Positions 49,912 to 60,490 of a stretch of DNA of 64,000 nucleotides are shown one piece after another. Origin of the DNA: Candidatus Poribacteria bacterium (GTDB lineage Bacteria; Poribacteria; WGA-4E; WGA-3G). Below the pieces are notes generated by a model. The model had not been told where the DNA came from, did no database searches, and saw only the letters and a list, made by a program, of their open reading frames with translations. Both the position numbers and the translations under genes were made by a program. Every line of letters begins with the position of its first letter. The stretch's first letter is position 1. The DNA lies in assembly GCA_963665235.2 (NCBI GenBank), contig CAXXLX010000001.1, forward strand, positions 512,001-576,000. The letters run 5' to 3'.

Positions 49912-51021
49912 TTTTTTTTCTGAATCGTATAGGTCAAGAATCTTTGTTCGAGAATTGTAACCGAAATGGTATTCGCGAGCATCCTTCAAGCGACTAGGTT
50001 TAACCCCTGAGCCGAGGGTCCGAGAATAGGTTTGTAATTTATAGTGCTTCGGGGTGAAGGTTTCATCGTTGGCTATGTAATCGAAACGAATTTTGGGGTA
50101 TTCCTTGGGAATATTTTTTGCCGCGCCAGGATACCAATGATTCATAGCTTGCCCCGGTTTAACAGAGGTTTTTTCCCAAGGGTCGTCTTCGAACCATTTG
50201 GTTTGATAATGTACAGTAAACGCGGTGTTATTTTGGATGGAGAACACCTGTCTGGGTTGTAACGTATTCAGCAGGTCTTTTATGTGTTTGGCTGGCACAG
50301 CCCAGGTCGCTGTCCGTTCGTTGCTTAAGGTGGCAATTCCGATTAATGTGCCTTGCTCATTAATTACCGGCCCTCCACTGTTGCCTTTATAGGTGCCGGC
50401 ATGAATCTTAAGCAGGCCTTGGTGAACCGTTTGGAAGAATCCAGCTGCCCATTTCCAAAGTTTGAGTCCGCCTGGGTTCCCAAAAATCTGAACGGGCTCG
50501 TTGGCATCCATACGCAAATAAGGGGAATAGTTGAAATTATGTTCGATTTCACGGGCTGTATCTGGAAGTCCATCAAGTTGAACTATAGCAAGGTCAGTTT
50601 TCGGCTCTTTTGCAATAATGCGGCCTGTTGCTGCATACCCGAGGCGCGATAGTACCCCTAAATTGCTCTTACTTAGGTAGAAATTCCGCTCGTCAATTAA
50701 GTTGCCGTGCCTGTCGCGTACGGGGAAGAACACCTTTACCGATGCATTGTCTTTTGTAACATGGTGGTTTGTGATGGCGAGTCTCAATTCTTCATCAATT
50801 AACACGCCGCTCCCTTGTCCGCTTTCAGAGACAATCCATACCAGTGAGCGAATTGTTTTGTCGTAGAGCTGGTCCACGCTCAATTTTGGTCCGCCAGCTG
50901 AAGTTTTTCCGCTACGTGAAAAAGGAAATTGGCTGTAGCTAATGCTTTGCATGCTGAATGCTAACAACACAACCGCTAAAATTGCCACAATCGGTTTTCG
51001 GTATAAAATTGAATTTCTCAT
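49906..51021 (-). CDS. Secreted trypsin-like (S1) serine protease
   Basis: GSGV, TNHHV, TDLAIV, GNSGGP catalytic triad; signal peptide from MRNSILY. Confidence 0.9.
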   Translation of the reverse strand: MRNSILYRKPIVAILAVVLLAFSMQSISYSQFPFSRSGKTSAGGPKLSVDQLYDKTIRSLVWIVSESGQGSGVLIDEELRLAITNHHVTKDNASVKVFFPVRDRHGNLIDERNFYLSKSNLGVLSRLGYAATGRIIAKEPKTDLAIVQLDGLPDTAREIEHNFNYSPYLRMDANEPVQIFGNPGGLKLWKWAAGFFQTVHQGLLKIHAGTYKGNSGGPVINEQGTLIGIATLSNERTATWAVPAKHIKDLLNTLQPRQVFSIQNNTAFTVHYQTKWFEDDPWEKTSVKPGQAMNHWYPGAAKNIPKEYPKIRFDYIANDETFTPKHYKLQTYSRTLGSGVKPSRLKDAREYHFGYNSRTKILDLYDSEKKD

Positions 51022-51022
51022 T

Positions 51023-51835
51023 TTATCCTTCCACGATGGCGTGCATCTTTTCCAACCCAATCCGGGCGACCTCTGCTGGGTCTTCCGCCCAATAGCTCGG
51101 GTTGAACAGCTCTAACGAGATAACCCCGGTATAATCTGCATCTCTCAAAATAGCAATCATTCTTTTCAGGTCGAGAATGCCATCACCGGGGTAAACTCTA
51201 TCGGCATCGGTTTGTTCCGCGCGCGCGGGTTCCGCAGGTGCATCGTTAAAGTGGAAGACAGCAATTTTTTCACCGGGGATGCCCACCATATCCTCAATTT
51301 CTCCGCCACCACGGTAGATATGAAACGGGTCAAGCACAATCGTACTATCCGGGTGGTCAGCGACTGTTATCACCTCCCAGGCATGTTTGACCTGATTTAT
51401 GCCATCAACGAAACCGAGAAATTCCATGGCAGGTTTTACACCGAGTTCACGACCGAGTTCAAGCAGTTCACGGTAATTCTCACCGCCTAACTGCAAGTCA
51501 GCGACTTCGCGCGGGGGACTTGAGATGATATAGGTTGCCCCGACTGCGGCGGCTTGTGCCATACGTCGTTTTGCTTCCTCAATTGCTTTTTCATGTTCCG
51601 CGCCTGTCGTGTTAAGCCAGCCGTGCAAGGCGATGACAGTAGGGACAGAAAGCCCGTGGTCCTCCAGTGCGCTTTTCACATCGGCGAGTGAACCGCCCTC
51701 TTCTTCGTAAGCGGTTAAATCATCGTTCCACAACTCAATTGCCGAATAACCTGTTTCTCCGGCAATCCGAATCTTATCCATTAAATTAGCGGGACGAATT
51801 GTGCTGGTATTTAAGCCTAACTGAAATTGTGACAT
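51023..51835 (-). CDS. Sugar phosphate isomerase/epimerase (xylose isomerase-like TIM barrel)
   Basis: AMEFLG, LDPFH, FHFND, RVYPGDG, SLELFN. Confidence 0.88.
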   Translation of the reverse strand: MSQFQLGLNTSTIRPANLMDKIRIAGETGYSAIELWNDDLTAYEEEGGSLADVKSALEDHGLSVPTVIALHGWLNTTGAEHEKAIEEAKRRMAQAAAVGATYIISSPPREVADLQLGGENYRELLELGRELGVKPAMEFLGFVDGINQVKHAWEVITVADHPDSTIVLDPFHIYRGGGEIEDMVGIPGEKIAVFHFNDAPAEPARAEQTDADRVYPGDGILDLKRMIAILRDADYTGVISLELFNPSYWAEDPAEVARIGLEKMHAIVEG

Positions 51836-51846
51836 TCTATTTACCT

Positions 51847-52647
51847 CTATTTATCCAACAGTGCCCGAATAAACCGGACATCTACCCGAGCTAAGTCAAT
51901 GACGCTATCTACCGGTTCACCGCTGTATTCACTGTGAAAACTGACCGGTCCCGAGAAGTTCATCGCTTTCAAGGTCTTAAGTGCTGTTTCCCAATCGACA
52001 AAACCTTTTCCGATACGGACAACTTTCCCGCCTCGCATTCCGGGTGAACGCGATAGGTCTTTGAAAGCGATTACGGCGAGGTGTGAGCTGACAATATCAA
52101 GTGCCATGTCAATCGGTTCACCCACAATTGAGAGGTGCCCCGTGTCCGCAAAAACGCCGATGTGTTGTGGGTCAAACCCCTTCACAAGGTTCATCACAGC
52201 ACATGAATTGAGTCCCATGGAGGTTCCGGAATGGTTGTGAATGCAGGTTCGTGGTCCGTATTTCTCAGAAAGTTTGGAAAATCCATCGAGTTGGGTGCGG
52301 ATAAAATCAACTTGTGCCCAATATCCACCATCCGTTGCACGCCAATGCCAGTATCCCAATTTGATATTCTGAACGTTTGCTTCGCCTGCGGCGGCAAAAA
52401 CGCGGATTGTCTCTTCGTTTGAAGGGTCTAAAAAATCTCCGGGCGTTGTAACAAGCGGAATAGACAATCCCGCTTCGGTAAATTGTTTTGCGGCGGTGGG
52501 TAATGCCTTCTCCGCATTTTCCGGGTTTACCGGATACCCGGGACGCACACAAAGGTCAGCCCCTTCAACCCCAACCGATTGCAATGCAGTGATAATGTGT
52601 GGGACCTCTAATCCTTGTAGATGTTTTGTGAACATTATAAATTTCAT
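51847..52647 (-). CDS. Sugar phosphate isomerase/epimerase (TIM barrel)
   Basis: IHNHSG, ADTGH, AFKD, GKGFVDW, SFHSEY. Confidence 0.85.
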   Translation of the reverse strand: MKFIMFTKHLQGLEVPHIITALQSVGVEGADLCVRPGYPVNPENAEKALPTAAKQFTEAGLSIPLVTTPGDFLDPSNEETIRVFAAAGEANVQNIKLGYWHWRATDGGYWAQVDFIRTQLDGFSKLSEKYGPRTCIHNHSGTSMGLNSCAVMNLVKGFDPQHIGVFADTGHLSIVGEPIDMALDIVSSHLAVIAFKDLSRSPGMRGGKVVRIGKGFVDWETALKTLKAMNFSGPVSFHSEYSGEPVDSVIDLARVDVRFIRALLDK

Positions 52648-52670
52648 AATTTTTCGGGTTTCCTACTACT

Positions 52671-53774
52671 TCACCAGTCCACAACGGCTCCGTCATCCGG
52701 ATGGTATGTCATCGGATTTCGCCAGTCGTGATCGATTTTGTCTTCAAGTGCATCTTCGTCAAGTTCAATGCCTAATCCAGGGCCGGTGGGAAGTTCGACG
52801 AATCCATCGTTGAAAACGAAGGGATTCTTAAGATAGCCTTCTCCGAGGGTGGTATGTTCCTGCATCACGAAGTTCGGAATGGAGGCATCTAATTGGATAC
52901 ATGCGGCTAACGAGATGGGGCCGAGCGGATTATGTGGGGCGATGCCGCCGTAATAGGCTTCCGCCATTCCTGCGATGATGCGTACTTCATTGATACCGCC
53001 TGCATGACAAAGGTCGGGTTGGAGGATAGACGCTGCCTGTTTCTCCAAAATTTCGCGGAATCCCCATTTGGTGAAAATCCGTTCCCCTGTTGCAATCGGC
53101 AAATGGGTGCTGCGTGCAATTTCCGCGAGGACATCCACATTTTGACACTGAATCGGCTCTTCGATAAACATCGGTTGATACGGTTCCAAGGCTTTAATTA
53201 AAACCTTCGCTGTCTGTGGACTGACAGCACCGTGGAAGTCAATAGCCAGGTCCACTTCTGTGCCAGCGGCTTCACGCAATGCAGCAAAATGCTCGACAGC
53301 TCTGTCAATGAAAGCTTTGTTTTCAATTATACGTGGGGCTCTTCCGCCAGCAACGCCGGTTTTAAAAGCGGTAAACCCTTTGTCAATCCATTCCCGAATG
53401 CCTTGCGGGTCGCCGCCGCCTTTGTATAGTCTAATTCGGTCACGGGTGGGGCCGCCGAAGAGTTGGTAAACGGGCACCCCGAGTGATTTTCCTGCTAAAT
53501 CCCAGAGGGCTTGTTCAACGCCGCTCAGCGCGCTTGTCAGGATAGGGCCACCTCGGTAGAATGCATGTCGGTACATCGCCTGCCAGTGATGGACGACGCG
53601 TCTTGGGTCTTCGCCGATGAGGTAGGGTGCAAGTTCGTCGACAGCTTGTGCACAGGTCTTCGCGCGCCCCTCTAAAATCGGTTCGCCAAGTCCAACTAAA
53701 CCTTCATCGGTGTGGATTTTTAAAAAAAGCCAACGTGGCTGTACGAGAAATGTTTCTAATTTTGTAATTTTCAT
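52671..53774 (-). CDS. dgoD: Galactonate dehydratase (enolase superfamily)
   Basis: PRWLFLKIHTDEG, FYRGGPILTSALSG, IDFHG, FIEEP, ATGER, APHNPLGP, DGAVVDW. Confidence 0.88.
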   Translation of the reverse strand: MKITKLETFLVQPRWLFLKIHTDEGLVGLGEPILEGRAKTCAQAVDELAPYLIGEDPRRVVHHWQAMYRHAFYRGGPILTSALSGVEQALWDLAGKSLGVPVYQLFGGPTRDRIRLYKGGGDPQGIREWIDKGFTAFKTGVAGGRAPRIIENKAFIDRAVEHFAALREAAGTEVDLAIDFHGAVSPQTAKVLIKALEPYQPMFIEEPIQCQNVDVLAEIARSTHLPIATGERIFTKWGFREILEKQAASILQPDLCHAGGINEVRIIAGMAEAYYGGIAPHNPLGPISLAACIQLDASIPNFVMQEHTTLGEGYLKNPFVFNDGFVELPTGPGLGIELDEDALEDKIDHDWRNPMTYHPDDGAVVDW

Positions 53775-53977
53775 CGAAAACTCCTTTTCCTTTAAGCCCA
53801 ACCAACGGGCGGACTGGATATACGGCATGACACGCCTTTTTTGTATGTATCCTCAACGAACCGATAGGAAATATTAAAAAATGGTATCATTTTGCCTAAA
53901 TTTTGTCAATCTTTTTTTTGATGGTGAGACATGATTCAAATTTGAAATTTTTGAGAGAATCTGTTATCATGATTAGT

Positions 53978-54928
53978 ATGAAAAGAGGAAAACCTTTACT
54001 CAATGTGAATATTGGCGGGATTCAGATGCGAAATCCTGTTATGACAGCCTCCGGGACGTTCGGGTACGGCAGTGAATATGCGGAGTTCATAAATTTGAAC
54101 GAGCTCGGTGCGGTTGTCGTTAAAGGGGTGACAAGCACGCCATGGCCCGGCAACCCGATGCAACGTATTATGGAAACCCCATCCGGCATGCTCAACGCCA
54201 TTGGGCTTCAGAATGTTGGGGTGGATGATTTTATCCGTCAAAAATTGCCCTATCTTCGCGATTTTGATGTACCTGTCATCGTCAATGTCTGCGGCAAAAC
54301 AGTGGCGGAATATCTGACGGTGGTGGCAAAGCTAAACAGGGCGGCAGGGGTTGCTGGGGTGGAGCTCAACATATCCTGTCCGAATCTGGATTATGGCGGT
54401 ATGAGTTTCGGCGTTAATGCAACGTTAGCACATCAACTTGTGAAAGCGGTTCGCGCAGAAACAGCACTTCCGTTATTGGTGAAACTGACACCGAATGTCA
54501 CGGATATTACAGTGATTGCCCGTGCTGTTGAATCTGCTGGGGCAGATGCGCTCTCTGCGATTAATACCTTACGTGCTATGGCAATCAATGCGGAAACGCG
54601 CAGACCGGAACTTTCAAACGTCACAGGTGGGCTCTCTGGGCCTGCAATTAAGCCGGTGGCATTGCGATTTGTTTGGGAGGCTTACAAAAGCGTCTCTATT
54701 CCAATTGTCGGGATGGGTGGTATTATGAATGCGACAGATGCAGTGGAATTTTTTATCGCCGGTGCGTCCGCTGTCGCAGTGGGGACCGCGAACTTTGTCA
54801 ATCCTCGGGCATCAATGGAAGTGGTGGAGGGTATTCACGCCTATCTTGAAAAAGCAGAGATGCCGTCCATCGACGAACTAGTCGGGAGTCTGAAGGTTAA
54901 TGACACTGAAGCAACGCGAGAAAGTTGA
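53978..54928 (+). CDS. pyrD: Dihydroorotate dehydrogenase, class 1B catalytic subunit
   Basis: VMTASGTFGYG, NAIGLQN, ELNISCPN, KLTPN, GGLSGPAIKP; start approximate. Confidence 0.93.
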   Translation: MKRGKPLLNVNIGGIQMRNPVMTASGTFGYGSEYAEFINLNELGAVVVKGVTSTPWPGNPMQRIMETPSGMLNAIGLQNVGVDDFIRQKLPYLRDFDVPVIVNVCGKTVAEYLTVVAKLNRAAGVAGVELNISCPNLDYGGMSFGVNATLAHQLVKAVRAETALPLLVKLTPNVTDITVIARAVESAGADALSAINTLRAMAINAETRRPELSNVTGGLSGPAIKPVALRFVWEAYKSVSIPIVGMGGIMNATDAVEFFIAGASAVAVGTANFVNPRASMEVVEGIHAYLEKAEMPSIDELVGSLKVNDTEATRES

Positions 54929-54960
54929 TATTTTCTCACAAGATAAGGAAATATTAAAGA

Positions 54961-56040
54961 ATGCGGCATCTTGTAACGCTTGACGATTTATCCAATTTTG
55001 AAATTGAGCAAATTTTTCGCCTTGCAGGCGGCATGCAGGTCCAATTAGAGACCTGGGCAGGAATTTGCCGAAGCAAGTTGCTGGCAACCCTTTTTTATGA
55101 ACCGAGTACACGGACTCGGCTCTCGTTTGAGAGTGCAATGGAACGTCTCAACGGGGGTACGCTCGGTTTTGCTGACCCGCGTGCAACCTCTGCCACGAAA
55201 GGGGAAACGTTGGCTGATACCGCGAGAATGGTCACGAACTATGCAGACATCATTGTCGTTCGGCACAATTGGGCGGGTTCGGCGCGTGTCATGGCAAGTT
55301 ATGCGAATATTCCTGTAATCAATGGGGGTGATGGAAGTCATACCCATCCCACACAAGCACTTACCGACCTCTATACGATTATTCGGCGGAAATCACAGGT
55401 GAACGGGTTAAACATTGGCATCTGTGGTGACCTGCGATATGGCCGTGCGGCACACTCGTTTGCATTAGCGGCCGCAAGATTCGGGGGCAAGCTGATTCAT
55501 ATTGCACCCAGCGGGTTACAGATGCCGCCCTGGGTGCTGGCGCGATTAGCACATCTCCATGCACAAAAACCGATTGAAGTAGAAAACGTCACAGAGGTGA
55601 TTGAAACACTTGATGTTATCTATGTTAACCGCCTTCAGGAGGAGCGGCTTCCGCCCACTGTAGATGCGAAAACTGTGCGCGGGAGTTATCTGCTGAATGC
55701 AGCTGTAATGAAAAATGCGAAACCGGATGCGATGATTATGCACCCGCTCCCACGCGTCAACGAACTCGCTTACGAGTTAGATGATGACCCACGCGCTGCC
55801 TATTTTGAACAATCCGCGAATGCTGTGCCAGTTCGCATGGCACTGATTGCTAGCCTTATGGGATTAGAACAACTTATCTTAACACAGCCGCCAGAACGAA
55901 ACATCGGGAAAGCAGCCCATCAGTGTGAAAACACGAACTGTGTCACTAATCATGAGACCTATCTGCTTTCCGAACGTGAAACGTTTACGGGGGATGTTGA
56001 GGTTCACGGCTGCGCGTATTGTGGAGTCCTTATTCCTTAA
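54961..56040 (+). CDS. pyrB: Aspartate carbamoyltransferase with fused PyrI-like zinc domain
   Basis: FYEPSTRTRLSFE, HPTQAL, HPLPR; C-terminal CENTNC..CAYC. Confidence 0.93.
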   Translation: MRHLVTLDDLSNFEIEQIFRLAGGMQVQLETWAGICRSKLLATLFYEPSTRTRLSFESAMERLNGGTLGFADPRATSATKGETLADTARMVTNYADIIVVRHNWAGSARVMASYANIPVINGGDGSHTHPTQALTDLYTIIRRKSQVNGLNIGICGDLRYGRAAHSFALAAARFGGKLIHIAPSGLQMPPWVLARLAHLHAQKPIEVENVTEVIETLDVIYVNRLQEERLPPTVDAKTVRGSYLLNAAVMKNAKPDAMIMHPLPRVNELAYELDDDPRAAYFEQSANAVPVRMALIASLMGLEQLILTQPPERNIGKAAHQCENTNCVTNHETYLLSERETFTGDVEVHGCAYCGVLIP

Positions 56041-56094
56041 ATGTAGTAGAAACGCTCCAAATGTAGTAGAAACGCCCCGCCATGCTGTCCGCTA

Positions 56095-57477
56095 TTATTC
56101 CTCGGTAAGCGGTGTCCCTTTCTCAAGAAGTGCTTGCTTGGTTACACGCCAGAAAAGATCGCCTGGACCAACAGCGTGCCACATTCCGTTTATAAAGGTC
56201 ATGACAGCACTATCTTTCCTTTCATCCGAGAGGGTGCTGCGCGGAAACCTTTGCTTGGGGCCCCAATTCGTGTAAGTGAGCGGTTCACCGCTTTGCCATA
56301 CCCAATCCCCCTCTGTTTCAGCATCGCTGAGACCAATCCAATAGAGAGAATTGCCAAAGATGCCTGAAAGCCATTTCTGTTCCGCTTCGTCGTTGATGGC
56401 GACGAGATATGCTCCTTCGGTAGCGGCTTGCTTTTGTGCGTCTTTAAGATTTCTGCACCGGATTTTTCTGTAAGCGTGACCGTTCGCCGGGTTCACAACC
56501 CACACATTTTTGGGGCTTGAAAACCGCCCAGGCCGCGCTGGTAGCACCGGCAGCGGCGGGGGTGTACTATCGTCCGGCTCATCCGATGGTTTCAGTGTCT
56601 TCGTCAGTTTACGTAATAGACTTGGCAACGATTCACGAGATGTGGTGTCTGGCTTCGGTTTGGGAGTGGAGGCTGCACCTTCAGAAGATGGCTTTGGTTT
56701 CGGAGTGGAGGCTACACCATCAGATGTTGGTTTGGGCGGTGGTGCTACACCATCCAATGTTAAAACTAGGTCATCGTGACGTGTTCCATCTTCAATCAAA
56801 ATCTTTTCTGACTGTGCTGAAAGGCCTCTGTACTTCACTAAAATCGTGTAGTGTGCTGGAACGTCATCTTTCTGAATATAGTGCACAAAATATCCCTCGG
56901 AATTTGTAGCACTGCCTCCACTACTCCTACCGCTCCCTGTTCCATCTACATCTTCATGTGTGATGACTTCGGTAATACGTGCGTTGGTTAACGGTTTTCC
57001 ATCCTTGAAAACGACTCGCGCCCGAATCCGCGCCCGGAGTTGCACAGTGACCGCCACATTTTCGAAATGCCCCCCCGGCTTGACACCGAAACTGATACCC
57101 CCGAAGTGTGTAGGTCCATGTTGAAAAAGGGTTATGTTCCCGATTTTGATTGAGACAATTTCATAATCCGGTTCCGAGGGTGCAAGCAGGACTATGGGCC
57201 GGGTGTTCGGAATCTTCTTTTTACTCTCTTCTTGCGTTTGCACGGGAATAGTAATCTGAATCGGTCCAGCGGGGATATTCGTGAAAGTAAAAGCACCCTT
57301 TTCGTTAGTTTTCACGCCTTGCAAACGCGACGATAGACCAATTACAAATCCGGCAATCGGTTTCCCTTTTGTATCAAGGACAGTACCAGAGAGCGTCCCA
57401 CCTTTTCCTTGTGCTACACAAGGCACTGACATCATAAGGCAAAATCCGATAATTCCAATGAAAAATAAACGTTTCAT
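56095..57477 (-). CDS. Secreted carboxypeptidase-regulatory-like + C-type lectin domain protein (A1)
   Basis: Signal peptide, GTVLDTKGKPI, Pro-rich linker, NGHAY..YLVAIND.AEQ..YWIGLSD..YTNW. Confidence 0.85.
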   Translation of the reverse strand: MKRLFFIGIIGFCLMMSVPCVAQGKGGTLSGTVLDTKGKPIAGFVIGLSSRLQGVKTNEKGAFTFTNIPAGPIQITIPVQTQEESKKKIPNTRPIVLLAPSEPDYEIVSIKIGNITLFQHGPTHFGGISFGVKPGGHFENVAVTVQLRARIRARVVFKDGKPLTNARITEVITHEDVDGTGSGRSSGGSATNSEGYFVHYIQKDDVPAHYTILVKYRGLSAQSEKILIEDGTRHDDLVLTLDGVAPPPKPTSDGVASTPKPKPSSEGAASTPKPKPDTTSRESLPSLLRKLTKTLKPSDEPDDSTPPPLPVLPARPGRFSSPKNVWVVNPANGHAYRKIRCRNLKDAQKQAATEGAYLVAINDEAEQKWLSGIFGNSLYWIGLSDAETEGDWVWQSGEPLTYTNWGPKQRFPRSTLSDERKDSAVMTFINGMWHAVGPGDLFWRVTKQALLEKGTPLTEE

Positions 57478-57488
57478 TTCTACCTCCG

Positions 57489-58742
57489 TTATTTACTGTC
57501 AGCTGGTTTTTGAATAGGTTGGGATGGTTTTTCTATAATTACCACTTTGGTGGAACGGGAGTGTCTATCTCCGGGCCCGACGGCCCGCCATCCACCACCA
57601 AATCCAAATCCGGCGATGACATAATCTTTCATGTCGGTGTTGCCTCCCTCGCTGTCCCCATCTGCCTCGTCGGCATATTTAGTCCAGTTAGTATAGGTAA
57701 CAGGCTCCCCGCTATGCCAGACCCATTTTCCCTCTTCAGCGGCATCACTGAGCCCAATCAAAAAATCCGTTCCTCCAGAGATTTGCCGTATCCATTCCTC
57801 TTCCGCTCTATCGTTAATAGAAACGAGGAACGCCTTTTCGGCGGTGGCTTTGGCAATTGCATCCTCTATACTGTGGCAATAAATCTTTTTGTAGGCGTGT
57901 CCATTTGTGGAGTTCACAGCCCATACCGGTGGTGGATTGAGAAATGCGTCTAATTCAGTTTCCATGCGCTCTGGGTCGTGTTCTTCTATCGGAATTGCCT
58001 GCTCCCCCATCTTCAAAAGAAGATGAACTTCGGGTTGGCCTTCGTGCAAAATAAATGGGAGCGATTTGGCAAGGAAACCTTCATACTCAACGCCAATTAC
58101 ATAGAACTGCGGCTCGTCATCTACCCTAAGGTCCTCCAAAAAATACCCCTCTGCATCGGTATAAAGTGTGCCCCATGAACTCCCGCGGCCGGTTTCATCC
58201 AGGTCCCTACGGCGGAATATATAGCGAATTTGTGCGTTAGCAATCGGCATCCCATCAGCATAAACGACCCGCGCGCGAACCTGGGGCTGGATTTGTGTTT
58301 TCACCTTGATAACGGCATCTTCAATTGTTGTCCCCGGGCTTAAGGAAAATCGCATTTCATTGAAATGTGGATGATCATTTGGATAAAGGGTTAGATTTCC
58401 GATGTCGACTGAAAGCACTTCTGTTTCCCTCTCGTCATCGCCTACCACCAATCTGACAGAGACTGGCGGAATGTCCGTGATGGAGAAACTGCCTTGTAGC
58501 CCGGTTTCTCTGGCTAATATCGGTAAGAAACCCTCTATTTCGATGCCCTCGACTTCGATTTCGTGTTGATGAACGGGGAAATCCGAAGGTTGAATTTCTA
58601 TCGGCATACCGACAACCGGATTTCCCTTTTCATCAACTACACGGCCGGAAAATGTGGAACCTTCTTGTGCAAGCGCGAACGATGCCGCACAAGTGAATAG
58701 CATCGTAATCCCTAAGAGCACGCTAAGTTTTTGAAACGTCAT
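57489..58742 (-). CDS. Secreted carboxypeptidase-regulatory-like + C-type lectin domain protein (B1)
   Basis: GRVVDEKGNPV, NGHAYKK, IGLSDAAEEGKWVWHSGEPVTYTNW. Confidence 0.85.
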   Translation of the reverse strand: MTFQKLSVLLGITMLFTCAASFALAQEGSTFSGRVVDEKGNPVVGMPIEIQPSDFPVHQHEIEVEGIEIEGFLPILARETGLQGSFSITDIPPVSVRLVVGDDERETEVLSVDIGNLTLYPNDHPHFNEMRFSLSPGTTIEDAVIKVKTQIQPQVRARVVYADGMPIANAQIRYIFRRRDLDETGRGSSWGTLYTDAEGYFLEDLRVDDEPQFYVIGVEYEGFLAKSLPFILHEGQPEVHLLLKMGEQAIPIEEHDPERMETELDAFLNPPPVWAVNSTNGHAYKKIYCHSIEDAIAKATAEKAFLVSINDRAEEEWIRQISGGTDFLIGLSDAAEEGKWVWHSGEPVTYTNWTKYADEADGDSEGGNTDMKDYVIAGFGFGGGWRAVGPGDRHSRSTKVVIIEKPSQPIQKPADSK

Positions 58743-58927
58743 TGTAAATCTCCTTTTTTAATATTCACAGAACTTACGCACCTGAAAATCGCAGGCATAA
58801 TCGGAAACATTCTCTATACAACCTTTGACAGAATTTTAATCTTGTAATAGACTGTATAGATTATGGCATATTCAATAAATTTACGCAAGCATGGGCAAAA
58901 ACTTTACACACCTTGACCGAAAACCGT

Positions 58928-59017
58928 TATAAAATTCTATATTACGAAAAATTGCTAAAAATCATAATATAAAATTCTATATTACGAAAAATTGCTAAAA
59001 ATCATAATATAAAATTC
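58928..59017. repeat. 40-bp AT-rich tandem repeat x2.2
   Basis: TATAAAATTCTATATTACGAAAAATTGCTAAAAATCATAA repeated at the duplication junction. Confidence 0.85.
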
Positions 59018-59086
59018 GTAGAATTTGAGTGATTGACGCGGAAGCTGTCCGAAAACATTAGGCACACGCTGCCATACCGTCACCTG

Positions 59087-60490
59087 TTATTCCCCGTTAG
59101 GCAGTGTATCCTTCTCAAGGAGTGCTTGCTTGGTCACGCGCCAGAAAAGCTCGCCTGGACCAACAGCGTGCCACATTCCGTTTACAAAGGTCATGACAGC
59201 ACTATCTTTCCTTTCATCCGAGAGGGTGCTGCGCGGAAACCTTTGCTTGGGGCCCCAATTCGTGTAGGTGAGCGGTTCACCGCTTTGCCATACCCAATCC
59301 CCCTCTGTTTTAGCATCGCTGAGACCAATCCAATAAAGAGAATTGCCAAAGATGCCTGAAAGCCATTTCTGTTCCGCTTCGTCGTTGATGGCGACGAGAT
59401 ATGCTCCTTCCGTAGCGGCTTGCTTTTGTGCGTCTTTAAGATTTCTGCACCGGATTTTTCTGTAAGCGTGACCGTTCGCTGGGTTCACAACCCATGCATT
59501 TTTAGGACCTGAAGACCGTCCAGGCCGCGACGTTTGCGGCGGGGGTGTGCTAGCGTCCGGCTCATCCGCCGGTTTCAGTTTCCCCGCCAGTTTACGTAAT
59601 AGACTTGGCAACGATTCACGAGGGGCGGTGTCTGGCTTCGGTTTGGGAGTGGAGGCTACACCTTCAGACGTTGGTTTGGAAGGGGGGACTACCCCCTCTG
59701 ATGTGGTGTCCGGCTTTGGTTTGGGAGTGGAGGCTACACCATCAGACGTTGGTTTGGGCGGTGGTGCTACACCATCTAATGTCAAAACTAGGTCATCGTG
59801 ACGTGTTCCGGCTTCAATCAAAATCTTTTTTGACAGTGCTGAAAGTCCTTTGTAATTCACGAGAACCGTGTAGTTTCCTGGAACGCTCCTTTGATGAATA
59901 TAATGCACAAAATATCCTTCGGAATTTGTAGTAATGTCTCCACTATTACTACCGCGACTTGTTCCATCTACACTTTCATGTGTGATGATCCGGCGAATAT
60001 GCGCGTTGGTTAACGGTTTCCCATCTTTGAAAACGACTCGCGCCTGAATCCGCGCCCGGCGTTGCACGGTAACCGCCACATTTTCGATATGATTGCCCGG
60101 CTTGACACCGAACATTATGCCGTCGACATCTTGAAAAAGGGTTATGTCTCCGATTTTGATTGAGACAACTTCATGCTCCGGGTTCCGGAATGAAGCCGGG
60201 ACTATGGGTGCGCCGTTGGGAATCTCCTTTTTACTTTCTTCTGGCGTTTGCACGGGAATAGTCATCCGAACCGGGCCAGCGGGGATATTCGTGAAAGTAA
60301 AAGCACCCTTTTCGTCCGTTTTCACGCCTTGTAAACGCGACGATAAGCTAATTACAAATCCGGCAATCGGTTTCCCTTTTGTATCAAGGACAGTGCCGGA
60401 GAGCGTTCCACCTTTTACTTGTGCAGGACAAGGCACTGATGTCATAAGGCAAAATCCGATAATTCCGATGAAAAATGTGATATGTTTCAT
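59087..60490 (-). CDS. Paralogue of A1 (A2)
   Basis: Same architecture; near-identical lectin domain. Confidence 0.85.
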   Translation of the reverse strand: MKHITFFIGIIGFCLMTSVPCPAQVKGGTLSGTVLDTKGKPIAGFVISLSSRLQGVKTDEKGAFTFTNIPAGPVRMTIPVQTPEESKKEIPNGAPIVPASFRNPEHEVVSIKIGDITLFQDVDGIMFGVKPGNHIENVAVTVQRRARIQARVVFKDGKPLTNAHIRRIITHESVDGTSRGSNSGDITTNSEGYFVHYIHQRSVPGNYTVLVNYKGLSALSKKILIEAGTRHDDLVLTLDGVAPPPKPTSDGVASTPKPKPDTTSEGVVPPSKPTSEGVASTPKPKPDTAPRESLPSLLRKLAGKLKPADEPDASTPPPQTSRPGRSSGPKNAWVVNPANGHAYRKIRCRNLKDAQKQAATEGAYLVAINDEAEQKWLSGIFGNSLYWIGLSDAKTEGDWVWQSGEPLTYTNWGPKQRFPRSTLSDERKDSAVMTFVNGMWHAVGPGELFWRVTKQALLEKDTLPNGE

